Assembly: GCF_020745735.1 (NCBI RefSeq)
Contig: NC_083406.1
Span: 45,444,255 to 45,508,254, forward strand
Direction of reading: 5' to 3'
DNA length: 64,000 nucleotides
DNA from: Hemiscyllium ocellatum
Lineage: Eukaryota
Shown here: positions 12,403-23,962 of the stretch, piece by piece
Numbering within the stretch: the stretch's first letter is position 1
Layout of the letters: each line of letters begins with the position of its first letter
Made by a program: the position numbers and the translations under genes
The notes under the pieces: model-generated
The model's input: only the letters and a program-made list of their open reading frames with translations
Told to the model about the DNA's origin: nothing
The model's database searches: none

Positions 12403-13143
12403 CAGACAGATGCACAGACACTCCTGCACACACACGGTCCTACACACATATGCCTACAGACACACACACTCCTACAGACCCATACACTCACACAGATGCT
12501 CTCTCATACACAAGCTCTCTCTCATATGCTCACACATACACTCCCACACTCACATACACAAACGCACCCTCTCATGACTTTTACTCCTTTACACTCACAT
12601 ACACACACTCTCTCACACAGTCATAATCATCTCCCCCCCGACCCACCCCACCATACACACACACACACACATATATAAGTTTGTGGGGTGAATTTGTACT
12701 TGCACACTTATATTTTATTTTGCTCAAAAACTGCATTAATCCGTGTAAGATTCTGTAAATCCATTTTTTAGATTAGAATCACTCTGAATATTGTGGCACA
12801 GACAATCTCACACAGTGCACCTCACACCTTAAGTGCATTATCTGGGCCGACATGACATCAATTGTTAAAGTTCACTTGAGCATATAACTTTTAAAAGTTC
12901 TGCGATTTACATATGAAAGAACTGAAATCAACATGTTCATTCTAAAAGATGAGAGACTTAATAAACAATCCAGATCTTTTTCAATATATAATTTCAGTTA
13001 CATCACACTGTAAATTTTTGCTATAAATTCTGTGTCTTACGATCTTATATTCCACAACCACCTGATGAAGGAACAGCACTCCAAAAGCTAGTGCCTCCAT
13101 ATAAACCTGTTGGACTATAATCTGGTGCTGTGTGATTTTTTAA
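11554..13143 (+). mobile_element. Penelope-like element (GIY-YIG end, Neptune-type Cys linker) with inverted 5' terminal repeat
   Basis: CCKAC...CNSANIVYLIRYRQGCSEA*YIG...RL..MNGH...PVGEHFSGPGH (ORFs 11635-12069, 12106-12333). 11554-11730 is an inverted copy of the 3' repeat. Short TSD aattccca (11546-11553 / 13144-13151). Confidence 0.85.
12350..12672 (+). repeat. (CA)n-rich low-complexity tract inside the Penelope 3' region
   Basis: Pure (CA)n at 12364-12397 and 12655-12672 with degenerate CA/CT repeats between. Confidence 0.9.
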
Positions 13144-14163
13144 AATTCCCAGGTAGAGAAAACCTTTTTGTGACCATCGAAAGGAATCTGTGTTCCATCC
13201 TCTAACTCCCACCAGTCTCCATGTGGGTATGGCTTGCGACTTGGTAAAGTTTATCCTGCATCTCGAAAAGCTGCCAAATAATTTAATTTTTTGTATTAGC
13301 CGGGGTATGGACTTTTCTGGGTTAGCCAGAAACAAAAGCACATCATCAGCATAAAAAGCAATTTTATGCTCCTCTATTCCTACCTTTGGTGCCACTATCT
13401 CTTCTGGATGGCCTCCGCCAACAGCTCAATTATCAATGCAAATAGCAGTGGTGAGAGAGGACACCCCTGTTGGCTACGTCTCCCAACACTAAAATGATCT
13501 GATTTAACATCATTTATGATAATTGCCCCTTGGGATTGTTATACAGCACTGCCACCCACCTAGTGAAGGCCCCCTGCTCCCCGCCCATGATCAAAACAGT
13601 CTAGAACACCAAAGAGATACAACCACTCCACCCAATCAAACACCTTTTCTGCATCCAGGGAGACCACCAAGCCTGGAATCAATCTCTACTGACATACTTG
13701 CACTATGTTCAGTGCTGTCCTGATATTATTGGAAGAGCTACGGTGCTTAATAAAAACCTGTCTGGTCTTCTTTCATAATTACGGGCAGTACCTTTTCCAA
13801 CCTTAGGGCCAGCACGCTTGTTAACATTTTGAAGTCTACGTTCAACAACAAGATATATCTATACGAGGTGCAATCCTCGGGGTCTTTCCCTTTCTTTAAC
13901 ATGAGGGTGATATTGGCCTCCCTAAGGGAGGCAGGAGAGGGGAGGCAGTCCTGGCTAAATGAGTGACTATATATCCCCAGAAATGGCCCAGCCAAATGTT
14001 TACAAACTCCTTGTAAAACTCACTTGGGAGATGCTTTGCCACTTTGGAGCTGCGTTACTGCCTCTTGACCTCTTGTATTGTCAGGGGTGCATTTAAAAGG
14101 TAGCCCTGCTCTGAGTTTATACCGGGGAGGTCCAGGTCCTTGAAAAAGGATTCCATTCTCACT

Positions 14164-14259
14164 TTGACAAAGGGTCAGTTAGACTTGAAACATCAGGTCT
14201 TTTCTCTCCTTACAGATGCTGCCAGACCTGCTGAGATTTTCCAGCATTTTCTCTTTTGG
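14164..14259 (+). mobile_element. Short Penelope-type terminal fragment inserted in L1
   Basis: 13-bp TSD ttccattctcact (14151-14163 / 14260-14272). Degenerate hammerhead-like 'tgacaaagggtcagttagacttgaaac'. Confidence 0.65.
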
Positions 14260-14569
14260 TTCCATTCTCACTACTTCATCTTCACAGCCCTCTGACTGGT
14301 ATAACTCAGCAGAGAATTCCTAAAATCTGGTATTAAACTTTTTCAGCTTGCACGTGATGGTACCAGCTCTCTCCCTAATATATACAATGATCTGCGGAGC
14401 ACTTTTCTTCCTAGCCAGATAAGCCAGGTATCTAATTGGCTTATCCCCATATTTGAACAACCTTTGCTTTGCAAAGACCCCTCTCTTCGCCACCTGTGTG
14501 AGCACTGAATCCAGAGCAGCTTGGAGAGCCATGACCTGCTGTAACTTAACCATAGATGGTCTATTATGA

Positions 14570-17170
14570 CATAGAACATAGAACATAGAACAATACAGCA
14601 CAGAACAGGCCCTTTGGCCCACGATGTTGTACCGAACATTTGTCTTAGCTTAAGCAGCTATCCATGTACCTATCCAATTGCCGCTTAAAGGTCACCAATG
14701 ATTCTGACTCTGCCACTCTCACAGGCAGCGCATTCCATGCCCCCACCACTCTCTGGGTAAAGAACCTACCCCTGACATCCCCCCTATACCTTCCACCCTT
14801 CACCTTAAATTTATGTACCCTTATCACACTCTGTTGTACCCAGGGAAAAAAGTTTCTGACTGTCTACTCTATCTATTCCCCTGATCATCTTATAAACCTC
14901 TATAAAGTCACCCCTCATCCTTCGGCCGTTCCAATGAGAAAAGGCCTAGCACTCTCAAGCTATCCTCATACGACCTATTCTCCATTCCAGGCAACATCCC
15001 GGTAAATCTCCTCTGCACCCTCTCCAAAGCTTCCACATCTTTCCTAAAATGAGGCAATCAGAACTGTACACAGTACTCCAAATGTGGCCTTACCAAGGTA
15101 CTATATAGCTGCAAAATCATTTCACGACTCTTGAATTCAATTCCTCTGCTAATGAACGCTAATACACCATAGGCCTTCTTACAAGCTCTATCCACCTGAG
15201 TGGCAACTTTCAAAGATCTATGAACATAGACCCCAAGGTCCCTCTGCTCCTCCACCTTACTAAGAACCCTACCGTTAACCCTGTAGTCCATATTCTTATT
15301 GGTCCTTCCAAAATGGACAACCTCACACTTGACAGGGTTGAACTCCATCTGCCACTCCTCAGCCCAGCTCTGCATCATATTTAAGTCCCTTTGTAGCCGA
15401 CAACACCCTCCTCACTATCCACAACTCCACCAATATTCGTATCATCTGCAAATTTACTGATCCACCCTTCGATTCCCTCTTCCAAGTTATTAATAAAAAT
15501 TACAAACAGCAGTGGACCCAGAACTGATCCCTGCGGAACTCCACTTGTAACTGGGCTCCAGGCTGAATATTTACCATCTACCACTACTCCCTGACTTCGA
15601 CTGGTTAGCCAGTTCTCTAGGAGAAAGTGAGGTCTGCAGATGCTGGAGATCAGAGCTGAAAATGTGTTGCTGGAAAAGCGCAGCAGGTCAGGCAGCATCC
15701 AAGGAACAGGAAATTCGACGTTTCGGGCATTCCTGATGAAGGGCTTATGCCCGAAACGTCAAATTTCCTGTTCCTTGGATGCTGCCTGACCTGCTGTGCT
15801 TTTCCAGCAACACATTTTTAGCCAGTTCTCCATCCAACTGGCCAAACTTCCGACTATCCCATGCCTCCTGACTTTCCACATGAGCCAACCATGGAGAACC
15901 TTATCAAATGCCTCATTAAAATCCATGTACACTACATCCACTGCTCTATCCTCATCCACATGTTTGGTCACCTCCTCAAAGATTTCAATAAGACAAATCC
16001 GTGCTGGCTGTCCCTAATTAGGAAGTGTTTTTCCAGATACTCATAAAGCCTATCCCTCAGTACTCTTTCCATTACTTTGCCTACCACCGAAGTAAGACTA
16101 ACTGGCCTGTAATTCCTGGGGTTATCCCTATTCCCTTTTTTGAACAGGGGCACAGCATTCACCACTCTCCAGTCCCCTGGTACCACCCCCATTGACAGTG
16201 AAGACGAAAAAATCATTGCCAACGGTTCTGCAATTTCTTCTCTTGCTTCCCACATAATCCTAGGGTATATCCTGTCAGGCCCGGGGGACTTGTCTATCCT
16301 CAAGTTTTTCAAAATGCCCAACACATCTTCCTTCCTAACAAGTATCTCCTCTAGCTTACCAGTCCGTTTCATACTATCCTCTTCAACAATACGGTCCCTC
16401 TCATTTGTAAATACTGAAGAAAAGTACTCATTCAAGACTCAATACACAGTCTCAATACATATCTCTTCCGACTCAATACACAGTCTCCCACTACTGTCCT
16501 TGATCGGACTTACCCTCGTTCTCGTCATTCTCATGTTTCTCACATACGCATAAAAGGCCTTGGTGTTATCCTTGATCCTACCCGCCAAAGATTTTTCATG
16601 CCCTCTCTTAGCTCTCCTAATCCCTTTCTTCAGCTCCCTCCTGGCTATCCTGTATCCCTCCAACGTTCTGTCTGAACCTTGTTTCCTCAACCTTGTGTAA
16701 GCCTCCTTCTTCCTCCTTACAAGACATTCAACCTCCCTTGTCAACCAATGTTCCCACACACGACCATCTCTTTCCTGCCTGACAGGTACATACATATCAA
16801 GGACACGTCGTATTTGTTCCTTGAAAAAGTTCCACATTTCAACGACATCCTTCCCTGACAGCCTGTGCTCCCAATTTATGCTCCTCAGATCCTGTCTTGC
16901 AGCATCGTATTTACCCTTCCCCCAGTTGTAAAACCTGTCCTGTTGCATGCACCTATTTCTCTCCATAACCAAGGTGAAAGTCACAGAATTATGGTCACCA
17001 TCACCAAAATGCTCACCCACTAACAAGCCCATCATTTGTCCCGGTTCGTTACCAAGTACCAAATCCAATATGGCCTGCCCTCTGGTCGGACAATCTACAT
17101 ACTGAGTTCGAAAAGCTTCCTGGACACACTGCACAAACACCGCTAATCTACTTGATCGAAAGAGCTTCCA
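14570..17170 (-). mobile_element. Relatively young 5'-truncated CR1 (HER1-like) LINE ORF2 inserted in L1
   Basis: (catagaa)3 tail. ORFs with [55 protein letters not shown] and LVRPHLEYCVQF. Confidence 0.95.
15618..15817. mobile_element. Fold-back Penelope-type terminal fragment with intact hammerhead core
   Basis: Inverted arms ~15659-15729 / 15747-15819. CTGATGA-AGGGC-TTAT-GCCC-GAAAC at 15733-15757. 13-bp TSD ttagccagttctc (15605-15617 / 15818-15830). Confidence 0.85.
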
Positions 17171-20100
17171 ATTAATGCCAACTCAGATGCTTTCAGCTAG
17201 GCCTCAAGCATCCGCAACTGCTCTCCTCTCTGCCTCTTTCTGGTTGTTAACTATGAGATAATCAAACTCCTTAAATAGACCTTGGTGGCCTCACAATGCA
17301 CTGATGGATTACTGGCTGTACCTCAATTGATGTCCTGGAAGTCCCTGAACTCGCTTCTAATGAACTCCACAAAGCCATCCCTCAACAGAAACAGATCCAT
17401 ATGCCAGTGCTGTGTGTCTGTTCCACTACCCTTAATCTTGACATCCAAGTGCATGGTTCGAAATAGTTATTTTCCCAAACTTGCAGGCTAATGCTGAGTC
17501 CAAACAAACCAACAGAATAAAGAACATACCAATTCTCGTGTGGCACTTGTGTGGGTTGGAGTAAAAGGTAAAATTCCTCCCATTACAGTGGAGACACCTC
17601 CATACATCCCTAGCTCCAAATCCCTATATAGGTCCACTAGCTACCTAGATTGCAGGGGTGTACCTGACAGACCCCTTGACATCCTGTCTATCCTGGGGTC
17701 CTTGAGATGATTAAAGTCTCCTCCTATGATCTGACAATGTACCTCATGTGCGATTAATTTAGAGACTGCGTCAACTAAAAATTTGAGGAGGTGTGCCTGG
17801 GGTCAATAAATGTTCAGGATGCCATATTCTTCTCCATGTATTAAAGACTTGAGAATGAAGAACCACCTGTGCTCATCCCTGATTTGATCTATTATCAGAA
17901 ATGGGAAGTTCCTTTTTACTAGTATGGCCACTCCTCTACTTTGAGACTAGAAGGAAGAGAAGAATACCCTATTGTATCTCTCCTGCTGTAACTTCAAATG
18001 TTCCCATCAGTTAATGTGTCTTCTGCAGCAGAGTGATGTCAACCCATTCCTTCTTAAGGTTTGAGAGCATCTTTTTTTCTTTTAATGGGGGAATGGCTCC
18101 CTCTTATATTTCAGGTGCACCATCTGAACGGATCGCTTGCCATGATCGCCCACCGCAGCCCGTAGTCACCCACGAGGAAGAAGCCTATTCAATGTGCAGT
18201 GAGTGGAAAAAACACGGACTTTATAGAATCTAAAAACTATCCCTACAAACACGACTAAAATTAAAAACCTAACCACTACGCTTAACTTGAACGAATAAAC
18301 ATATAAATCATAAATCACTAGAGATCTCCCCCCTCACCCATAGGGAGCATTCATTCCAAACCTTACAGCCAACCTGGTTCCTTCCACCTAAGGCCATGTT
18401 CCAAACCCAAGCAATGCACAGACAAAGAAACATGGTATTTACTCTCATACATCTTTAGACAAAAGAAGTAACCACCCCTCACCCAGAAAAAAGAACAATG
18501 AAATAACAGATAACTACCAAACTGATGAAATATGAAACAAACAACATTTTACACCAAGCAATGCCAAGCCTATAGGACTGAAAAACCTGAAAGGGAAAAG
18601 AACAAAGAAAGAAAAAAAATTATGCCACTGTCCACAATTATCTTCTTCTCCTACCTCCCGGCTCAAGCCATTTATTTCAGTGAGTTCAAACACTCCTTTG
18701 CTTTTTCTGCTGAGTCGAAATTATAAACATTCCCGCTTGATTAAAATGGAGTACTGCTGGATACCTCAAAGAATATTGAATATTCAAGTCTCTTAATTTC
18801 TTCTTAACATCATCAAAAGATTTCCTCTTCTTAATTATGGTCCCAGACAAGTCTTGAAAGAACATTATTCTCTAACCTTAATATACCAAGGCCTGTGGAT
18901 CTCTTCCTAGTGTTCTGGAGGTTTCTATTATAAACTGCTTCTCTTCATAGTGCTGGAGTCGCACTAGGACCAAGCAGGGGTACTGATCCGACCTGCACCT
19001 GTGCATAACAATCCGGTGGGTCTGCTAAACACTTAGCGGCCTGAATCGATCTCCAGCCCCAGAAACTTTGGGAGTCACTACTCCAAGAATCCAACCAGAA
19101 TCTCGCCCTTCTCACGCTCCAGAAGACCGACAGCCCGTAAGTTTTTCCTTTGACGTTGTTTCTCGAAGTCATCAACCTGGTCGAATAGGCCCTTCAGAGT
19201 TCGGAACTGCCCTTCCGAGTCTCTGTTGTGGTCTCTGACGCTGCAGTCCTTTGCTCCATGCCTCGATCCAATGTCTGGATCTCCTGCTCATGCTTTTTCA
19301 GCATGGCAGAGATCAGCTCCAGCGCCGTTTCAATTTTTTCTCGGAAAAAAACTCCAAGAGTAGATGCTGCTGCTCAACTGGGTTCAAAGGCGCTGCCGTG
19401 GGAGTCGAAGCGGCGGCTGCGGAGTGTGCCTGACACAGTAGGGGAATGCCCTGCCTGCTGTGATCCTTTCACTCCCTTTCCTTTGTTCATCTTCATCTCT
19501 CTCCTAGAGCTTCCAAATCAAAATGTAAGAGGCTCTAGATACTTTGCCTGCTTTGTGCTACCAATTTTTTTTGGGGGTGGCTAATGAGGGGGGGGTGTAG
19601 AAGTCTACTTTGCCCAGGGTATGGCAGACTTTTCAGACTGCCGCCATCTTGGATCTCCCCATCGCATGCATTCTTAACAACCCTATCAACTTGGATAGCA
19701 ACTGCATAATAGCAGCATAATATCCCCTCCCCCAATAAATACTTCCCATACTGTCTGTTCCTATCCCCTTCCATGGCTATGGTAAAGGTGAGGCAGTTGT
19801 AGTCATCATCACTAAAATGCTCTCCCACTGACAGATCTAACAACTGGCTTGATTCGTTGCCTAGCACCAAATCCAATGTGGCGTGCCCCCTCGTTAGCCT
19901 ATCTAAATACTGAGTCAGGAATCCTTCCTGGATACACCTGACAAAATCAGTTACATCCAGATCATTTGCATTAAGGAGGTTCCAATCAATATAGGGAATG
20001 TTAAAGTCACCCATAAAAACAACTCTGTTACATCTGCACCTTTCCAAGATCTGCTGTCCAATCTATTCTTCCATCTCTCGGCTGCTATTGGGAGGGTCTA

Positions 20101-20564
20101 TAGAAATGCGCGATAAAGTGACTGCTCCTTTCCTGTTACTGACTTCCACCCATACTGACTCAATAGACAAACCGTCCTCAACAACCTCCTTTTCTGCAAC
20201 TGTGATGCACCACTCTTTAATTACCAATGCTATTCCCCCCCCCCCACTCTTTTACCCCCTTCTTTGTTCTTTTTAAAAGATCCATACCCTGGAACATCCA
20301 GCAACCATTCCTGTCCCTGTGTCCTCGTATGGCCACAACATCGTAATTCCAAATACTGATCCATGCTCTAAGTTCATCACTCTTATTCCTGACACTCCTT
20401 GCACTGAAACAGATACACTTTAACCCATCTCTTTGCCCTAGCAACTCTGTATCCTTCCTGACAGACTATCTACATTCTTTTTCTGCCCATTCAACAACTA
20501 CCCTCTCCTCTGATCTGTAGCTCTGGTACTCATCCCCCTGCCAAAGTTGTTTAAACCCTCCTAA

Positions 20565-20720
20565 AGTCATAGAGTGTTGGAGATGTACAGCATGGAAACA
20601 GACCCTTTGGTCCAACTCGTCCATGCCGACGAGATATCCCAACCCAATCTAGTCCCACTTGCCAGCACCCGGCCCATATTCCTCCAAACCCTTCCTATTT
20701 ATATCCCCGTTCAGATGTCC
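20565..20720 (-). mobile_element. CR1 3' terminal fragment
   Basis: 'agtcatagag...atgtacagcatggaaacagaccctttggtccaac' matches CR1 3' ends at 40455 and 60429. Confidence 0.7.
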
Positions 20721-20949
20721 AATCTTTATGAGAAACTGCAGAACATTGTCAAACTGAGAACAACTCTAAATCAACCAAGGCTGCATCACCGTGCATTTCT
20801 TTTGTTACACTGGTCAGAACTGAAAAATGTGTACTAGACAGGAAAAAGACTGAACAGTTTCCACTTTTGCTCTCTTTGGCATCCCTTGGCAGTATAAGGT
20901 CGCCAATTCAGAAGTCCTGGAGCATGCTAATTGCATGAGCATACTCACA

Positions 20950-21302
20950 TTTTTTAAAAAAAATCATTCACAGAGTGTGGATATCATTGGCTGGGCCAAC
21001 ATTTACTGCCTATCTTTAATTGTTCAAAGGACAGTTAAGATTCAGCACATTGCAGTGGGTTTGAAGTCACATGGCGAGGACAGGAGATTTATTTCTTCAA
21101 AGACAATAAGGAACTACATGAGTTTTTCTGACAATTAGCAATGGTTTCATGGTCAATGTTAGACTCTTAATTCCAGACTATTTTTTATTAAATTCAATCT
21201 CTACTCTCTGCCGCGGTGGGATTTGTACTTGGGTCGACAGAACATTACCTGAGTCTCTAGATTAATAGTCTAGCAATAATACCACCAGGCTATCACTTCC
21301 CT
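20950..21302 (-). mobile_element. tRNA-derived SINE with Zenon-like LINE tail
   Basis: Minus-strand head with A-box-like TAGCCTGGTGG and degenerate B-box AGTACAAATCC. The 3' tail matches the LINE tail at 690/40760 and ends in an A-rich tract. Confidence 0.7.
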
Positions 21303-21613
21303 GACTCATTACTAAGTCAATGACATTCATGTCAATCTATCAAAATAAATGTCTGGTTAAATGGTCGCCCAGTTCTGATGGAGTTTGTTAACAGTGGATT
21401 TGTGTCAGTGATTGCAGAACCAGTCTTTATGATAGTTTGCTCTGGAGTCCAACCCTTAAATTTGCATAAGAAATCAGCCAGGCTGGAACCTATACTGAGG
21501 AACCCCTACAGATAAAGGGTACAATTTCGGTTCCAGTCTCTAATGAGAAGGAGCTGGTTCAGTTCCACTAAATGAAGTAAAACGCTCGATCCCAGCTTGA
21601 TGGGGCACAATTG

Positions 21614-21925
21614 GGGCGGCACGATGGCACAGTGGTTAGCACTGTTGCCTCACAGCACTAGGGTCCCAGGTTTGATTCCAGCCTCAGTGACTGTCTGTGT
21701 GGAGTTTGCACATTCTCCTCGTGTCTGCATGGGTTTCCTCCGAGTGCTCCGGTTTCCTCCCACAGTCCAAAGATGAGCAGGTTAGGTGAATTGGCCATGT
21801 TAAATTGCCTGTAGTGTTAGGTACATTAGTCAGAGGGTAATGGGTCGGTGTGCGTTACTCTTCAGAGGGTTGGTGTGGACTGGTTGGCCGAAGGGCCTGT
21901 TTCTATACTGTATGTAATCTAATCT
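21614..21925 (+). mobile_element. HE1-type tRNA SINE
   Basis: ggcggcacgatggcacagtggttagcactg head, B-box-like ggtttgattcc, CR1-like tail ending taatctaatc. Confidence 0.9.
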
Positions 21926-22022
21926 TATCTTGATTGGCTCAATATGTTTCAATTAGAAAATGGCTGAATGAAATCCTAAGGAAATACCTGGAAGTTTTCA
22001 AGAAGGTCTAGGGACTATCATA

Positions 22023-22881
22023 TCTAGGGACTGGAAGTGGAGGTTGGGTTGGTGCGGGGTGTGGACCTGACGAGGGAGTCACGGAGGGAGTGGTCTTTTC
22101 GCAACCAACCCAACCTCCACTCTCGGCACCTTCCCCTGCAACCGCAAGAAATGCAAAACTTGCGCCCACATCTCCTCTCTTACTTCTCTCCAAGGCCCCA
22201 AGGGGTTCTTCCATATCCGCCACAAATTCACCTGCACCTCCACACACATTATCTATTGCATCCGCTGCACCCGATGTAGCCTCCTCTATATTGGGGAGAC
22301 AGGCCGCCTACTTGCGGAACGTTTCAGAGAACACCTCTGGGACACCTGGACCAACCAACCCAACCACCCCGTGGCTTAACACTTTAACTACCCCTACCAC
22401 TCCACCAAGGACAAGCAGGTACTTGGACTCCTCCATCGCCAGACCATAACAACATGACAGTTGGAGGAAGAGCGCCTCATCTTCTGCCTGGGAACTCTCC
22501 AACCACAAGGGATGAACTCAGATTTCTCCAGTTTCCTCATTTCCCCTCTCCCCACCTTGTCTCAGTCGAATCCCTCGAACTCAGCACCACCTTCCTAACC
22601 TGCAATCTTCTTCCTGACCTGTCTGCCCCCACCCCACTCCAGCCTATCATCCTCACCTTGACCTCCTTCTACCTATCACATCTCCATTGCCCCTCCCCCA
22701 AGACCCTCCTCCCTATCTTTTATCTTAGCCTGCTGGACATACTTCCCTCATTCCTGAAGAAGGGCGTATGCCCAAAACATCAAATTTCCTGTTCCTTGGA
22801 TGCTCCTGACCTGCTGCGCTTTTCCAGTAACACATTTTCAGCTCTGATCTCCAGCATCTGCAGACCTCACTTTCTCCTCAA
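22023..22881 (+). mobile_element. Penelope-like element 3' part (GIY-YIG) with short inverted 5' piece
   Basis: GTFPCNRKKCKTCAH...FTCTSTHIIYCIRCTRCSLLYIGETGRLLAERFREH. 11-bp TSD ggactatcata (22012-22022 / 22882-22892). Confidence 0.9.
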
Positions 22882-23242
22882 GGACTATCATAGGAGCAAA
22901 GGTAACCTTACATGTTGACCAAGAAGCAATTTCATGATCCACCAAGGCCTTCCTGTGTCACTTGCTTTAAATGCAAAAGTATAGGCAGACATCAGGAGGC
23001 TGGGAAGTGAAGGAATCATCAAACCAGTAGTTTTTGGAATGGACAACATTGGTTGTACCAATTGTGAAGCCCAATGGGTCAGTTCGCCTTTGTTGGTATT
23101 TTAACCAAACAGTAAACTGCTTCCCATAGCTGGATAAATACACATACGGGACATATGCAATACTGGCTGGGGTGCGGTGGGAGTGGGGGGATGATTGTCT
23201 TTCATGAAGCTGGACATGAGCCATGTGAGTAATTGCAATTAC

Positions 23243-23492
23243 AGAGAACATAGGATAGTACAGCACAGTACAGGTCTTTTAGTCCTTGATGTTGTGCCGA
23301 CCTTTTATCCTACTCAAACCACATTACCTTCATTGTAATATCTTCCGTGTACCTGTCCAAGAATCGCTTAAATGTCTCTAACGTATTTGACCCTACTACC
23401 ACTACTGGCAGTACATTCTACGAACCCACCACTCTCTGTGTAAAGAAACTACATCTGACATCTCCCCTAAACCTTTCACCAATCACCTTAAA
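23243..23492 (-). mobile_element. CR1 3' end fragment inserted in Gypsy RT
   Basis: 'agaacataggatagtacagcacag...ctctgtgtaaagaaactacatctgacatctcccctaaacc' matches 9144-9420. Confidence 0.8.
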
Positions 23493-23664
23493 TTAGCTGA
23501 GGATTCCCAAAAGCATGCTACAATTAATACCCATAAAGGTTTGTGCCTTTTGCCATCATCAGCCTATGCCATTTTCCAGTGGACAACGGAGAACATTATA
23601 TAAGACCAATAAAGAGCATTTAAAGAATATGGGTGGAGTGCTAAAATGTTTTCTAGGCAGGTTT

Positions 23665-23962
23665 TTAGATTACTTACAGTGTGGAAACAGGCCCTTCGAT
23701 CCAACAAGTCCACACCGACCCGCCGAAGCACAACCCACCTAGACCCATTCCCCTACACCTAACACTGCGGGCAATTTAGCATGGCAAATTCACCTAACCT
23801 GCACGTTTTTGGACTGTGGGAGGAAACCGGAGCACCCAGAGGAAACCCATGCAGACATGGGGAGAATGTGCAAACTCCACACAGATAGTTGCCTGAGGCA
23901 GGAATTGAACCCAGTTTTCTGGTGCTGTGAGGCAGCAGTGCTAACCACTGTGCCATGTGCAC
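23665..23962 (-). mobile_element. HE1-type tRNA SINE
   Basis: Reverse complement of the 26798-27131 copy. Confidence 0.9.

Larger units (their letters stand above)
9760..19660 (-). mobile_element. Near full-length L1-clade LINE, decayed, with nested insertions
   Basis: T-rich tail at 9760-9790. RT motifs YADDVLLFL (ORF 13045-13395) and YRYILLLNVDFKML..LALRL...DQTGF (13747-13995). KRNVLPQLLY (11168-11425). Endonuclease remnants ~17150-18150. ORF1 remnants ~18730-19490 (MNKGKG..., IMFFQDLS..KKRKSFDDVKKKL). 5' end GGGGAGATCCAAGATGGCGG. Confidence 0.9.
9144..20560 (-). mobile_element. CR1 LINE split by the L1 insertion (3' part 9144-9760; upstream/endonuclease part 19661-20560)
   Basis: (catagaa)n tail at 9144. 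ORF 9238-9507 IEVYKVMRG...FFTQSVVDAWNALP. ORF 19535-20047 MGDFNIPYIDW...LDLVL; ORF 20217-20444 SARSVRNKSDELRAW. The CR1 sequence 'acaccatatgcc|ttcttaacaaccctatc' resumes on the far side of the L1. Confidence 0.85.

Noticed and set aside
12284-12678. His/Thr-rich ORFs
   Set aside because: Translations of (CA)n low-complexity DNA.
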